From Octopus bimaculoides (taxonomy: Eukaryota): a stretch of 59,515 bases of DNA. Made by a program: the position numbers and the translations under genes. The DNA lies in contig NC_069001.1 in NCBI RefSeq assembly GCF_001194135.2, positions 28,393,446 through 28,452,960 of the forward strand, in the 5' to 3' direction. This document shows, piece by piece, positions 1 to 13,104 of the stretch. How positions within the stretch are numbered: position 1 is the stretch's first letter; the number at the start of each line of letters is the position of its first letter. The notes beneath the pieces are model-generated. The model was not told the DNA's origin and did no database searches. It was given only the letters and a program-made list of their open reading frames with translations.

Positions 1-40
<40 letters not shown>
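1..40. repeat. (TA)n microsatellite
   Basis: Perfect AT dinucleotide run at the window start; one of dozens of (TA)n/(CA)n/(GA)n runs in the window. Confidence 0.98.
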
Positions 41-42
<2 letters not shown>

Positions 43-1215
43 CACACGCGGGCACACACACATATACATATCTATACGTTTTTATATTGATACTTCCATT
101 CACTTCTTTATATATGTGTGTAGATCTAATAAGACTACATATTTGATAATGGATGGATGGATCCTTTCTATGTGTACATGTAGGTGTGTGCGAGGGAATT
201 CCACAATATAAATACACTTGAGTTCATTATATCTTACAATAGATTCTTATTAAAATAACATTTAACAGCATTTAGGTATGCTCAATGAAATATGCTTATA
301 ATGCCTTTGTTTCTTGTTTTTTTTTTCCTTTTCTTTATCTTTTGTTTGTTCTCTCACGACGCTTCCCGAATTTGAGTGATCATGCTATGAGTAAAAATGC
401 AGTAGATAAAAATTAAATAAATCTGACGTTATTTTAGAAGCTAAAGTAGATTTATCATTTCATAGCCCATTATATAAGAGAAACAAGCAAGGAAGGAAAG
501 CCTTAGAAAGTTACGCAAGAAAAATTTAATAGTTTATAAAACGGTATCGTAAATATTGAATACGATATTAATATGTTGAAACTAATGAATGGGCTCTCAG
601 ATATAATTGAAGGAGAAAATAACAGCTACATTCAATATGTAACTAACAGGAAATAGGATGATGCGATTCCGATGTGGAATAAAGAGGCGTATTAAAAGGA
701 AGAGTGAACCCTGGATTCAACTATTTTGTACGATTTTCGTTTCTTTACTTAATTATATTTTTTGTTGGTGGTGCTGATAGTGGTATGTAAAGTTATTCCT
801 GATCCTGAAAAATCTAAAATGAAATGATTTACAACCGTTTCTTCTTCTAATTATCGGCGTAGATATGCTCCTAACCGTATATAATCTAATGTATCCACCA
901 ACATTTATAAACGTTAGAATAATTCTGAGGGCAATTTTGCTCAGTATTTGAAACGATCAAGCAAGTGTGGCCCAGTTTGTCTAGAGTATTTGGGTTTTCT
1001 TTGCAAAGGAGAGATTAGAATTGTAATTTGGCACCAGGACATTTTGCTATTCATATTAACTCTGTACTTAACGAATCTAGATATATATAAATAATGATAT
1101 ATTTATTTATTTATTTATTTATGTGTTTCAGCCAAGTGGCTGCGGTCATGCTGGTGCACCACCGTGATTTTCACGTTCCTTGCATGGCTCTTGTCCCCCA
1201 CCTGACATGGTCCAA

Positions 1216-1525
1216 TCAAGAGTTTTGATGGCACATTTGGTGTATAAGAGAATTTGACACAGCTGCCCTAAACTGCGTCTCATTACGAGCCATTGGTTCG
1301 TCTGGTATCTTGGAGAGGAAAGCGTCAAGTTTTGTCTTGAAGACCTCCGCATCCATGTCTTGCATGTCTCTCAAATGTTTTGGCAGGGCATTGAAGAGCT
1401 GAGGTCCTCTGAAACCGAGGCTGCNNNNNNNNNNCTCCAGGGAGTAGAGACCTAGTGCCTTCAGTCGCTCCCTGTAGTTCATCTGTTGGACTGTGGCGAT
1501 CTTTGTTGTATAGTGCCGCTGAATT
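1216..1525 (-). pseudogene. LINE ORF2 C-terminal (post-RT) fragment
   Basis: IQRHYT...NYRERLKALGLYSLE...FRGPQLFNALP...FKTKLDAFLSKIPDEP...SNSLIHQ, the characteristic C-terminus of CR1-group ORF2. A 10-N gap of unknown true size lies inside. Confidence 0.85.
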
Positions 1526-1843
1526 GTATGTTGAGCATACAACTACATCAATTTGTTTTATGTGTACTATTAAAGTATCACATACAGAGTTTGAGTGTGA
1601 TAGTAGTAGTAGGGGTGTGACATCTTCTCGGATGTACATTGCAACTCCCCCATGACTTCTATCCCTTCTGTCTGTTCGGAGTACGGCATACTCTGGTATA
1701 TTTATCTCCGCATCTGCTATATTAGGTGTTAGATGCGTTTCGGTAAGCACCATGCATATTGCTAGGTCTTTCAGGTATTGGAACTTGTCTTTGCCGCCTG
1801 TTCGTAATAGGCCCCGGATATTCAGTAGGAATATGGGTGTGAT
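1526..1843 (-). pseudogene. LINE ORF2 AP-endonuclease N-terminal fragment
   Basis: Translation LLNIRGL...LTETHL...INIPEYAVLRTDRRDRSHGGVAMYI matches APE motifs (N-x-x-G-L, ETxL, RxDR, GGVA-x-Y) typical of CR1/L2/jockey-group ORF2. Confidence 0.85.
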
Positions 1844-2782
1844 ATCTGTGCAGGGGTTCCTGGTGTTAGCGGTGGCCATCCCTGATCCATCATCTGTGGT
1901 GGTCTTGGACAAAGGTTCGTGTGGCGTTGACTCTGTACCTTCTGCATCCACGTTAACTGTTGTACNNNNNNNNNNNNNNNNNNNNNNNNNNNNNNNNNNN
2001 NNNNNNNNNNNNNNNNNNNNNNNNNNNNNNNNNNNNNNNNNNNNNNNNNNNNNNNNNNNNNNNNNNNNNNNNNNNNNNNNNNNNNNNNNNNNNNNNNNNN
2101 NNNNNNNNNNNNNNNNNNNNNNNNNNNNNNNNNNNNNNNNNNNNNNNNNNNNNNNNNNNNNNNNNNNNNNNNNNNNNNNNNNNNNNNNNNNNNNNNNNNN
2201 NNNNNNNNNNNNNNNNNNNNNNNNNNNNNNNNNNNNNNNNNNNNNNNNNNNNNNNNNNNNNNNNNNNNNNNNNNNNNNNNNNNNNNNNNNNNNNNNNNNN
2301 NNNNNNNNNNNNNNNNNNNNNNNNNNNNNNNNNNNNNNNNNNNNNNNNNNNNNNNNNNNNNNNNNNNNNNNNNNNNNNNNNNNNNNNNNNNNNNNNNNNN
2401 NNNNNNNNNNNNNNNNNNNNNNNNNNNNNNNNNNNNNNNNNNNNNNNNNNNNNNNNNNNNNNNNNNNNNNNNNNNNNNNNNNNNNNNNNNNNNNNNNNNN
2501 NNNNNNNNNNNNNNNNNNNNNNNNNNNNNNNNNNNNNNNNNNNNNNNNNNNNNNNNNNNNNNNNNNNNNNNNNNNNNNNNNNNNNNNNNNNNNNNNNNNN
2601 NNNNNNNNNNNNNNNNNATGCAATAAAACGATCCCAGTAACTATTCGTGATTTGTTATAAACTGGGGAAAACGAAGTAGATATTTCAGATATATAAAAAT
2701 AATAATAGATGAGTGTCTGTGTTCGTATTTAACGACTAATCTATCCCTTTCTCTATATGTGTATGTTAATGTGTGTGCGCGC

Positions 2783-2823
<41 letters not shown>

Positions 2824-3796
2824 GTCGCTTAGGCCTAGCCTTACTAATAATCACTTGCTTAAACTCAGTAGCTGTATATACAAATAATGACCAAGGATTC
2901 TACGATTTCCTCTGCTGCTAAAACGCATTCCTCTTAACAGCAGTTTAAAATGCTTCGTGGATAATTTTACGCGTCGGATTTGCATGACTTCTCACCATAC
3001 CAAACGCATGACTGGCCCGAAAATTCCTACGGAATTAAAAGCAGCCAATTATAAAATTCTAACAATGCCTATTAGCTAATTTATGATTTATATAACATTA
3101 TAAAAAGAGTAATTCATAGTGTGTACTCTCTATAAGAACAATCTGAAATATATACGAAAGTACTACGCACAAGAAATATTAGAATAATATCTTTCGAATT
3201 ATTCGTAGGTCATATCACATTGCTTTATATAATGGTCATTTTAGATCATGAAGCACTACCTTACTAAAAAAATATGCACCTGGAATTCTTTTGATTTCAA
3301 GCGTAAACGGGACCAATGAAGAAATCGCAAAACATACTAAATGTAATAAATAATAAAACAAGGAAAAATAGATAAAAATAGAAGCGTTAAGGATAAAATA
3401 CCTCAGTGTAATATAAATTCAGAAGACATAAAGCGATGCAATGCAATGTAATAAACTATTATAGAAGATAATTTAATGCAGGACTCGTACGTTCTGTGAA
3501 GAAAACATGAAAAAAAAATATATTGCGGTTTAATGTACAATATAACGAAGCCAAGGATTTTCACATAAAACATATAAGATGATCCGTCACTGCAAACGAA
3601 CAACAGAAAACGTATCCAGCAGCCGTTCAGAACAGTAAAATGTCCATTAAAAGCAAACGTAATTGTATACGAAATTTTGCCATATGCTACCGTTAATCTC
3701 AGATCTCGGCGTATCAAAAGACGGTTGCATTAGTTGCGTAATTACATACATACATACATAATATATACATACATATATACATACATATGTAAATGC

Positions 3797-3950
3797 CTCA
3801 TACAACTCGTAATACTACTATTATTACTACCACCACCACCAACAATAACACTACTAATATCACCACCACCACCACTAACACCACCAAAACTAACACCACC
3901 ATCACCACTACTACCAATACTACTACTACTACTAATAATAATAATAATTC
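3797..3950. repeat. Compound trinucleotide microsatellite (CAC/ACT/AAT)
   Basis: Interleaved CAC, ACT and AAT runs; source of the poly-L/P and poly-V ORFs. Confidence 0.9.
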
Positions 3951-3972
3951 AACAATGTGAATATATATATAT

Positions 3973-4024
3973 AAAGCCTTGTGAGTGGATTTGGTAGACG
4001 GAAACTGAAAAGAAGCCCGTCGTA

Positions 4025-4062
<38 letters not shown>

Positions 4063-4275
4063 TGTGTGTATGTGTATATGTTTGTGTGTCTGTGTTTGTC
4101 CCCCAACATTGCTTGACAACCGATGCTGGTGTGTTTACCACCCCATAACTTAGCGGTTCGGAAAGAGAGACCGATATAATAAGTACTAGGCTTAAAATGA
4201 ATGTCCTGGGGTCGATTTCCTCGACCCATGCTCCAGCATGGCCACATTCAAATTACTGAAACAAGTAAAAGAATA
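3973..4275 (+). mobile_element. SINE-A, 5'-truncated
   Basis: Homologous to the copies at 6192-6632, 41241-41545 and 45117-45365. It has an internal (TA)/(TG) run and ends ...ctgaaacaagtaaaagaata. Confidence 0.85.
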
Positions 4276-5413
4276 GTTGTAATTACATACTGAAAACACG
4301 TGTGCAAGGCAGCCACATCTTTATCCATTATGAATTCGAACTTTGTGCCCGAGTGTATATATATATAGTCCAGCAGTAAATAAAAAAAATTTGAAACTGT
4401 GTCCTGTGCAACCTCTGAATCATAAATATTACTATCGTATGTATGAGGGTAATAAATTAAAACAATTTATTACCAGTGGTTAGCATCCATAACTAAAAGT
4501 TATAGGACAACATATTTTTTAAAATATATGAGTGTAAAGTATATTTATACACAGAGGAGACTTTGACAGGACTACTTACATGTTAAATATGTCAGTTAAA
4601 ACCCAAAACACGAAAAAGAGAATTCTTGAGGCATACACTTGTATGCATGCGTCCTTGTGTGTGTGTGTGTGTCCTTCTCAGATATTTCAATATTTCCAGT
4701 CAAGACCAATTGTTCAGGAATTTCACTCAAGAAATATGTTGGTGATATTAGCTATGAACAGCTTTCTTCCGTATATTTTCAAAAGAAGGGTGGTCCTTGA
4801 CACTGAAATATTGAAATACTAGATATGAATATGAAGCATCGTCTTGCAATATTAAATGTCGTCAGTCTGAAGAACATAGCTTTTGGTTAGTGATTCGCTA
4901 TATTTTCAGCAGATCAGTTGATTGATTAAGATTGAACGATAAGGAAATATCTGAAACAGTGGTAAGCCTATAATAAATTAATGCATATAACTCATTGTGT
5001 GTGTGTGTTTGTGTGTGTTTTTATAGATACCTATTCATATGGATGCTTGTATAGTGTGTTCAAAAGTTCTCTCCGCAGTATTCTATTGCAAAATAAATAT
5101 TTATAAGATGGTATAAGACTACCAAAGAATATATTATACTTTACAATACTTTAAAAAACGTTCAAAAAAGAGTTGTTGAAAGTGTCATCCTTCATTTTCA
5201 ATACAAAAGTTGACTCGTCTACACGTTATGAATTATATCTTGAAGAGTCAGGATCAAAAAATATTCACTGCAGAGAGATTATTTGAACACCTATATTTAT
5301 AAGGAAATATACATTTGCATTCGATGTCAGTGTGTTCTTCTATGTATGTATCTCTTGTATTTGCAGATTTTATTCCATAGAAATATTATTTTTTCCTGCT
5401 TTGCATCAACTTT

Positions 5414-5463
<50 letters not shown>

Positions 5464-6056
5464 CGCGTCTGTTCAGACCTTAATTTATAAATTGAATTAA
5501 ATTTCTCAACTCTTGAATAGATGTGTGAAGAACTCTTCTTTTAGCCATTCTGTAAAATTTAAATCTTAGCTCAAAGCAATAATTATTCACTCTTGTATGC
5601 TACTGCTTCATTAAATGTAATCTAGAAAATCTGGAACTGGAAGTTGTTGTCTCACATCAATTAATCAATGATTAAGATCTAGAAAATATACAATAGAACA
5701 GATCCCACTAACTATTCTTGATTCTTTATAATGGGGAAAAAATGAAGTAGATAATATAAAATATATCTTGACAGAAAAATAATTCTGCATAAAAGTAAAG
5801 TACGAGAAATACCTAAGGGCCATTTTAACTTCTTGCCTTGTTATTAAAATTGCGTTTCTTTTGTGTATTCGTTTCTAATAAATTTTTGAATAAAACCGAA
5901 ATGAAAAACGACAAAAATTAGTAACATTAACCAGCAGTGATGATTATATAATTATATAACTCAAACAATGCGACATTGAAAGCATCATTTTTCTTATCAT
6001 TATCATCCCCATCCTTCTCCTTTTCTTTCTTTTCGCTGTCGTCCCCTCCTCCCCTT

Positions 6057-6058
6057 CT

Positions 6059-6113
<55 letters not shown>

Positions 6114-6141
6114 TTTTATTGTTATTATCTTTATTAATGTT

Positions 6142-6176
<35 letters not shown>

Positions 6177-6185
6177 TGATGATAA
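6057..6185. repeat. (ATT)n to (AAT)n microsatellite
   Basis: Trinucleotide run that switches polarity near 6140; it abuts the SINE-A tail. Confidence 0.9.
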
Positions 6186-6191
6186 TATACT

Positions 6192-6424
6192 CTTTTTGTT
6201 CCCTTTTATTCTTTTACTTGTTTCAGTCATTTTACTGTGGCAATGCTGGAGCACCGCCTTTAGTCGAGCGAATCGACCCCAGGACTTATTCTTTGTAAGC
6301 CTAGTACTTAATCTATCGGTCTCTTTTGCCGAACCATTAAGTTATGAGGACGTAAACACACCACCATCGTTTGTCAAGCGATGTTGGTGTAACAATTACA
6401 ACCATACAAACATATGCACACACA

Positions 6425-6475
<51 letters not shown>

Positions 6476-6632
6476 GACGGGCTTCTTTCAGTTTCTGTCC
6501 ACCTAATCCACTCATAAGGCTTTGATCGACCTGAGGCTATAGTAGAAGACACTTCTCAAGGTGCCACGCAGTGTGACTAAACCCGGAACCATGTGTTTCG
6601 TAATTAAGGTACTTACCACACATCCACTCCTA
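6192..6632 (-). mobile_element. SINE-A, near full length
   Basis: Minus strand: tRNA-like head with degenerate A/B boxes, CORE-like ccttgagaagtgtctt segment (ccttgggcaaatgtc in the 53939-54098 copy), internal (TA)n, and a 3' tail shared with the LINE at 1123-1160. Confidence 0.9.
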
Positions 6633-8369
6633 CGTCAATATGATGATTTTATTTACTTGCCACGAGGGCGAAGGATGAGGGGGACAATAGAAATCAAACA
6701 AAATGTGTTTTGCTTTTTCATATAATGACATTATTAAATAAGTGTATAAACAAGGAAAGATTAAGTATGCACGGTATACGATGTAAAGGAAGGGACATAT
6801 ACATTGTATACAATGGTAAAAATGTGAGAGGTGTTATAGAAATGTTGTCCCTTTGGTACAGGATGACCTTTAGGGACAATCGACGAAACCTACTGTCCAA
6901 TACATCTCTGAACATCAAGGACACGCGTCCTCTCCAGTTTCATTTCTCTGACTAATAAGTCTACACTTAGGGAGGTGCCATCCGCCCTCGCCATTTTCAC
7001 AAATTCAACCACATTTCCATAAATTCACTCGAGAGGGATTATTCATGCAGAGAAATGTAAGAATATTGACTAAGTTTTAAAGCTTATTGTCACTGAAACG
7101 GGCATGTCGTATAATGTTAAGGTGCGAAAGTGTCCGATGATTTATACAAGATATGAGGAAACTTTAGAAAATGCCTCAAATAAATTCAATTAAGAGAACA
7201 GTCACTTATATAGAAGCAATCAAGAAGAAATTAGATCGCTAAACAAAGTCGAATGAGTACGGAGAGAAACACCAACATTCGATTACGTGAGTCAGTGTTC
7301 TATATTCTGGGCTCTCAAACTTTCCTTACTTTGTTTCCTCCTGTCACGACAGACAGCTAGTGCTGTCTAATTTCAATTTGCTCCGTAACTTCGAAATATC
7401 GTGTAAGAATAGGACTAAGAAGGAAGCAATATCACGCATTTGGAATTCTTGTGTTTCTGCAAGAGTAGCCTCAGCGATTTACTTTTGTGATCGTTTTTTT
7501 TTGTCGATAAATTTTCGAAGTGTTTTCAATCAACCAAAACAAAATTTCCAGTTATGTAACATCCCAATTTACATAATCAGTCTTACGGATTTGGTTTCTG
7601 CACACCAAGCCAGAAAATAGATTCACATGTTTGAGCTTTCTGAGAACGAGAGTAATATAGAATTGCGTACTCACTTCCTAAGAACACAAATAAAATTTTG
7701 TAATACATACATAACCTAACCTTATTTTGCGAAAAAAATACTAAGGACTGAAACATCATAGCTGCTGTTAAATTACCTATATAACACTATTTTTTTCAGA
7801 AATCTGCATGGACATGTTATTACGTTGTTAGCTTAAAGGCAGATATTGTATCGCTGTGTCAAATGTGAGGTCTACATTATAAAGTCTTGAAAGTTACGTA
7901 AACATATACGCCGTGCAACAACTACCGACCATAAAAGCATAGCTCATTCATATATGATGCCGGTCTTGTACCACTAAAGATGTTCATATAACGACTTCTA
8001 CGCAACTGCATCCCTTTAGTATAAATCAATCCATGTAGCACGTATTCTGTATAACAGCAGCAGACAGAACAATACATCAGGAGACATGACAAAACGAGTC
8101 CCTAAAAGATGCAAAACCGATGTTGCATATCAACAAAATTTTAAGAATCAAAACTTGAACGAACCACAAATTTCAGTCGCTTCGGCGTTGCATGCAGTTA
8201 ACGACGTAGTATCAATTGGCACAACACTTTTGCATATGTATTTTAAATAATAATAATAATAATGATAATAATAATGATAATAAATATGATTATATATAAG
8301 GCATAATAATATTAGGAAATAATATGTTAGACGTAAAAGATTAATACTTTAAAACAGTGTTAAAAGCAG

Positions 8370-8411
8370 GCACATACACACATAGTTACACACACACATA
8401 TATATTCATAA

Positions 8412-8497
<86 letters not shown>

Positions 8498-8646
8498 TCA
8501 TAAATACACACAGTCACACACACACACACACACACACACAAATATAATTCATAAATGCACACACACATATATATAGATATTCATAAATACACACATACAC
8601 ATATACATATATATATTCATAAATAGACACAAACACACACACACAT
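8370..8646. repeat. Higher-order microsatellite array: (CA)n(TA)n-TTCATAAAT units
   Basis: TTCATAAAT recurs at about 8405, 8497, 8548, 8580 and 8616, separated by variable CA/TA runs. Confidence 0.85.
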
Positions 8647-9539
8647 ATTGAGAGAAAGAGAAGAGAAAGATTACGTGATAACCATCAAATCTCTAGCTGT
8701 GGCATTAATAAGTTATAGTTTTGCTATTCTGAGCTGGCTGATAAATGAATTAACAAAATTAAACATAAAACGTAAAAATGGCTTTATATATAATGAACCT
8801 CCTGCAATTTGAGATCAGAAGATTATATTTCCTACGAATACCAAATTGTTAGGGCGGGGCTTAGATAGCTCGAAAACTTTTAACACATAAACAGATACGC
8901 ATACACTTAGAAAATATGCATGTGTGTATGTGTGTGTGCGTTTGTGTGTGTGAGTGACTTGTGTGAGTATGTGTGTGAGGGAACGTATGTGTTTGTTTTT
9001 GTGAGAGAGTGTGTGTTAGTATGTGGGTGGGTGAGTGTGTGTAGGTGCATGCGTACGTAACGTGTCCATATTTGTATACGGAGCTTTCCATATCAATACA
9101 CTCCATACGCCTAGATTTGTTTATCTGAGTTTTGCTCCTTTCGTTCTCTCTCCCTCTCCTTGTATACACACAACACACACACACACACACACATATATAT
9201 NNNNNNNNNNNNNNNNNNNNNNNNNNNNNNNNNNNNNNNNNNNNNNNNNNNNNNNNNNNNNNNNNNNNNNNNNNNNNNNNNNNNNNNNNNNNNNNNNNNN
9301 NNNNNNNNTATATATATACATGTATGTGTGTGTGCGTGTGTCTGTGTGCGTATGTAGTATTATTCCAGTAAAAACTTTAAGGGAAATTACTAAAAATATC
9401 TACGTTTCTACATTTTTCGAACAATCTCATTTCACTCTTCCAAAACAGTACCAAACATTTACACATTAAAAAAACATTACAGACAGATAAATGCTATCAC
9501 TTGCAAATAGTTACAAACATTTGTAAAGGAAAAGAAAAT

Positions 9540-9688
9540 GACAGGCTTCTTTCAGTTTCTACCCACCAATTCCACTCACAAGTCTTTGGTGCACCTGAAG
9601 CCATAGCAGAAGACACCTGGCAAAGGTGTCATGCACTTAAATTTAGTGATGCGTTTGGTAAGCAAGATTCTTACCACACAGCCGCGTA
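9540..9688 (-). mobile_element. SINE-A 5' half only
   Basis: Aligns to the head half of 6192-6632 (ccactcacaag..., cttaccacacagcc). No 3' half is adjacent. Confidence 0.75.
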
Positions 9689-10855
9689 TCTCTTTTTTTT
9701 CCCACCGATATACAAGTGTAACTCCTTCACAGTTTAGACAGCTACATTTTGTTGGTGTTGTTGTTTTGTCGAGTTGCCTAGCATTGAGCTATCATTTAAT
9801 CAAATGGGTGACTTTCATAGCCCATCAATTTATCAACCAGAATGTGAGATTTGTCTCGACAACCTAATCAAATGTAATTCAGAGGACACATATTTTCTGA
9901 CCGCAACGATTGCAGTTAAGTTGAAAATTGAATTGCGCTGCCAACATTTCTAACTTGTGAGTTGGTACGCCTGACACTACGACGTCGTTTGATTTTCTAA
10001 AAATTGCATCCAAATCTCTCTCTCTCAGAGCAGCCTCAGAAGTTCTAAAAGAGGATCAAATGGATGAAGTAATAAAATGTACTGTACACCTATGCGTCTT
10101 TTTTGAAAGATGGACGATATAGGACTAAACAGTAATAGAGAACTGTAATAAATAAATCCTTCGCAAGTGTGGCATGTGCTTTGATGTATAACTATCAACA
10201 AACCGATTGATTAGCAGTAGTTGACTGCTTCCTTATACTCAGTAGATATCTTTTCACTCGGTCGACAAAGATATTTTATATTTAAGATTATTGGTACCGA
10301 TGTTTTCATCAGCAGTTTTATTAAGGTTTTTGACATTGACTCCCTCATGGATAATAACGAAATTATAGTAGCAGAACTTAGCTTCAGGATCATTGTAATA
10401 TTCTCAAGAACAAAGAATTAGTGAAATAGTATAATAGCGAAATAGTATAGAGAAACGAAGATATATAGAAGTAATACAGAGAAAATTGTTATATTTTTAT
10501 TTCAACAATTCCTCTTAATCCCTAAAGAATTGATGCATAAAACGTATGTCCAAGATAGGTTGTTTACATTGCCGCAGAGTTAAATGTATAATTATATACA
10601 GTCTATTTTGTCGTGATCGAAAAATAACGATGGAAAAAAAAAAGATACAATAGAATACGCGAATAAAGAATACGATGAAAAAAAAAGTAAACGAAACAAA
10701 GCAAAATATAGCAAGAAAAAAAGGGGAAGAATCCTATTGGTGACATCATATATTTGATACAAAAACACGGACTGATGTTATGACCTCCAGTTTTTATCGT
10801 ATTACGCATTCGATTGCTGACATGTAATCCGCTGAGACATCGACATCGATGTCCG

Positions 10856-10902
10856 ATATCATCATCATCATCATCTTCTTCATCATCATCATCTTCATCA
10901 TC
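10856..10902. repeat. (ATC)n microsatellite
   Basis: Imperfect ATC run producing the poly-Asp stretch in ORF 10603..10953. Confidence 0.9.
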
Positions 10903-12299
10903 ATAAATACGTTGCAGTTGCGTGTTACACTGAATTAAATAACAGAACTCCATCTATCCTCTCTTCACGTGTGGTATTCCGGTTTGCTTTGGCGGTTTTG
11001 TTTCCCTTCTAGTGGAAATATTCAGTATATATATTCAGCTCTATTTTCTCATTTTTTTGCCGGGTTATTTCTATATACATATTTGCATTTATTTTTTACT
11101 TTTTTTCTTAGCTATTATTTCGAAGACATCTAATTAGCATGGGTACAATATCTATTTTCCATGCTATGATTTCGGATACATCTATTTCCAGAAAATATTA
11201 TTTGAAATCCATCATAGAAATTGAGCATTTCAAAACCATTGTTGTGATTAGATTAATCGTATTGCAATTTACTCTTTAGTCAACTGCTTTGTCTCGAAAT
11301 ATGATTCTTCGTTTAGCTTGCAACGTTGAAAATGGACACGTGAGAAGTATTTCTAAGTCAACACAATGTATGTCTTTTATCTCTTTTTATATTTTTTCTT
11401 CCATATGCTTCAATTATTTATATTTGTAAAGATTCTGTTTCGGCATATCATGCCTTACTAATGCCATGTGCGATGCTAACCGTTCTTACTTTCATTTTTT
11501 ATTTTACATTATTTTTTGAGACAAATTATCGACCATCGATTTGGAAGCATATTATTATTACATTCGTTATTTACTTTGTTAATGCCATTATAATTATTAA
11601 TACATATTTACCATATTTGTTATCATATTCACAGATTTGTGCTTTTTTTTTTGTTTTTGATCAATGCAACTGCTTGTCTTTGAAGTCTATACCAAATCAT
11701 ATATATTCAAGAAGGTGGAAAGATATGTTTATCTCGTGTTGCGGTGTTTGTTTCATTATTATAAAATGACTTGTATCTTAGGTTCTGATTATACAGAAGA
11801 AGTCATGTACATGTTATTGTAGCTCAAGTGTGGCCCATAGGATGGCTGAATAGATTTATGATACGAAAGCAATTAGTTGAAAACCTGGGCTTGGCACATA
11901 AATTTATTTTTACAGATCATCACAATGATACAGTTCATACCATAAATTCTAACCATAAATTCGTTAGTCCTACTAAGTAGAGTTGTTTAGGCGACTGTAC
12001 ATTTTGGATACCCTACGTACGTTAATGCTTAATTAATGCATTTGTCACTGTTTTTACTTGAACAAAGATCAGTAACTAACAAACTCTATCAAATCAGATC
12101 CATAATTAATGGTGTTTCAGTTAAAGCCTTCCGCGTTTCTATGTATCGCTGGCTGGCTATTGTTATCCAGTTGCATTCATTTTTGTGAGATATAATTCAA
12201 TGTTATATAGTCAAACGAAAGACAAAAAGCTCATTTTGTTGAATTTATCCATTCATCATATGCGATTGTAAGCATGTACCGTATGATCGTAATGCAGTG

Positions 12300-12480
12300 T
12301 ACAAAACTGGAAACCAATTTTTATTACAAGACCAGCAATATTTGAAGTGGGGTTCAAGTTGATTATGTGAATGCCGATTCTCAAATGGTATTTACTGTCT
12401 TTCTCTTGAAACAATGAAAAGCAAAGTCGAATACGATAGATTTTGAACTCAGAGGGTAAAAACCGACGAAATTCCCCCAT
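12300..12480 (-). mobile_element. SINE-B, degenerate
   Basis: aaaagcaaagtcga...tttgaactcagag...gacgaaatt matches the antisense core of SINE-B. Confidence 0.5.
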
Positions 12481-13039
12481 GCCCTTTGTAGAAGTTAAAT
12501 GATCTTAATAGCAGTATGTGTAAACTATGGGAGAATTCCGAGAGCCAAGACTAAGATGTTGTACCTGAGGTGAGTTATTCTATGATACACTTAACACCGA
12601 CTGTCAGTCGTAATATTATATTACATTACACAAATCTATGTTGCCTTCTAACAAAGTTCTATGGAGGGATTAGTACGAAGTTGAGAGGCACATCTGCGAA
12701 TTGTTTTATGATAGGTCAGAGAGAACGAGGCTGACTGGAAGCAAAAGAGAAAGCAACAGTGACAAGTAGAGACAGCAGTGAATAGGCACTTTTGCGAATA
12801 AAGTTGTATATTCGTGAAAAGCGAGAGACCGGTTATCGATTGTACTCGGTAGAATTGTAGATGTCTTCAAAATATAATGTACGTTAATATTGATATTAAA
12901 AGCTTAAACGCTAGAGTATCTATGCATATATGTATGTTTGTATGTAATGTTGTATGTATGTAGATATGTATATATATATGAATATATATACACACATATA
13001 TTTATATCAGAACATGTATATATTTATATAAATATATGT

Positions 13040-13042
13040 ATG

Positions 13043-13104
<62 letters not shown>

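Larger units (their letters stand above)
1101..1965 (-). mobile_element. CR1/L2-group LINE remnant, internally deleted, with intact 3' end and (TAAA)n tail
   Basis: The minus strand encodes an APE-endonuclease N-terminus, then post-RT C-terminal motifs, a short 3' UTR with a hairpin, and (TAAA)n at 1101-1122. The 5' part runs into the N-gap starting at 1966. Confidence 0.85.

Noticed and set aside
1325-2660. Long ORFs (432, 302, 226 aa) and other X-containing ORFs
   Set aside because: Their length comes from N-gaps; only the LINE-derived part at 1526-1843 is meaningful.
2966-3030. Minus-strand peptide FSGQSCVWYGE resembling the NPC1 N-terminus (FSQSCVWYGECG)
   Set aside because: The following Cys-Gly and downstream motif are absent, a stop follows within 8 codons, and no other NPC1-like exon is visible; treated as a chance match.
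10211-10421. Overlapping 60-66 aa ORFs on both strands
   Set aside because: No recognisable motif or convincing splice-site pair; the lengths are compatible with chance.
10603-10953. 116-aa ORF with an acidic poly-Asp tract
   Set aside because: The tract is an (ATC)n microsatellite and the rest is low-complexity A/T-rich sequence.
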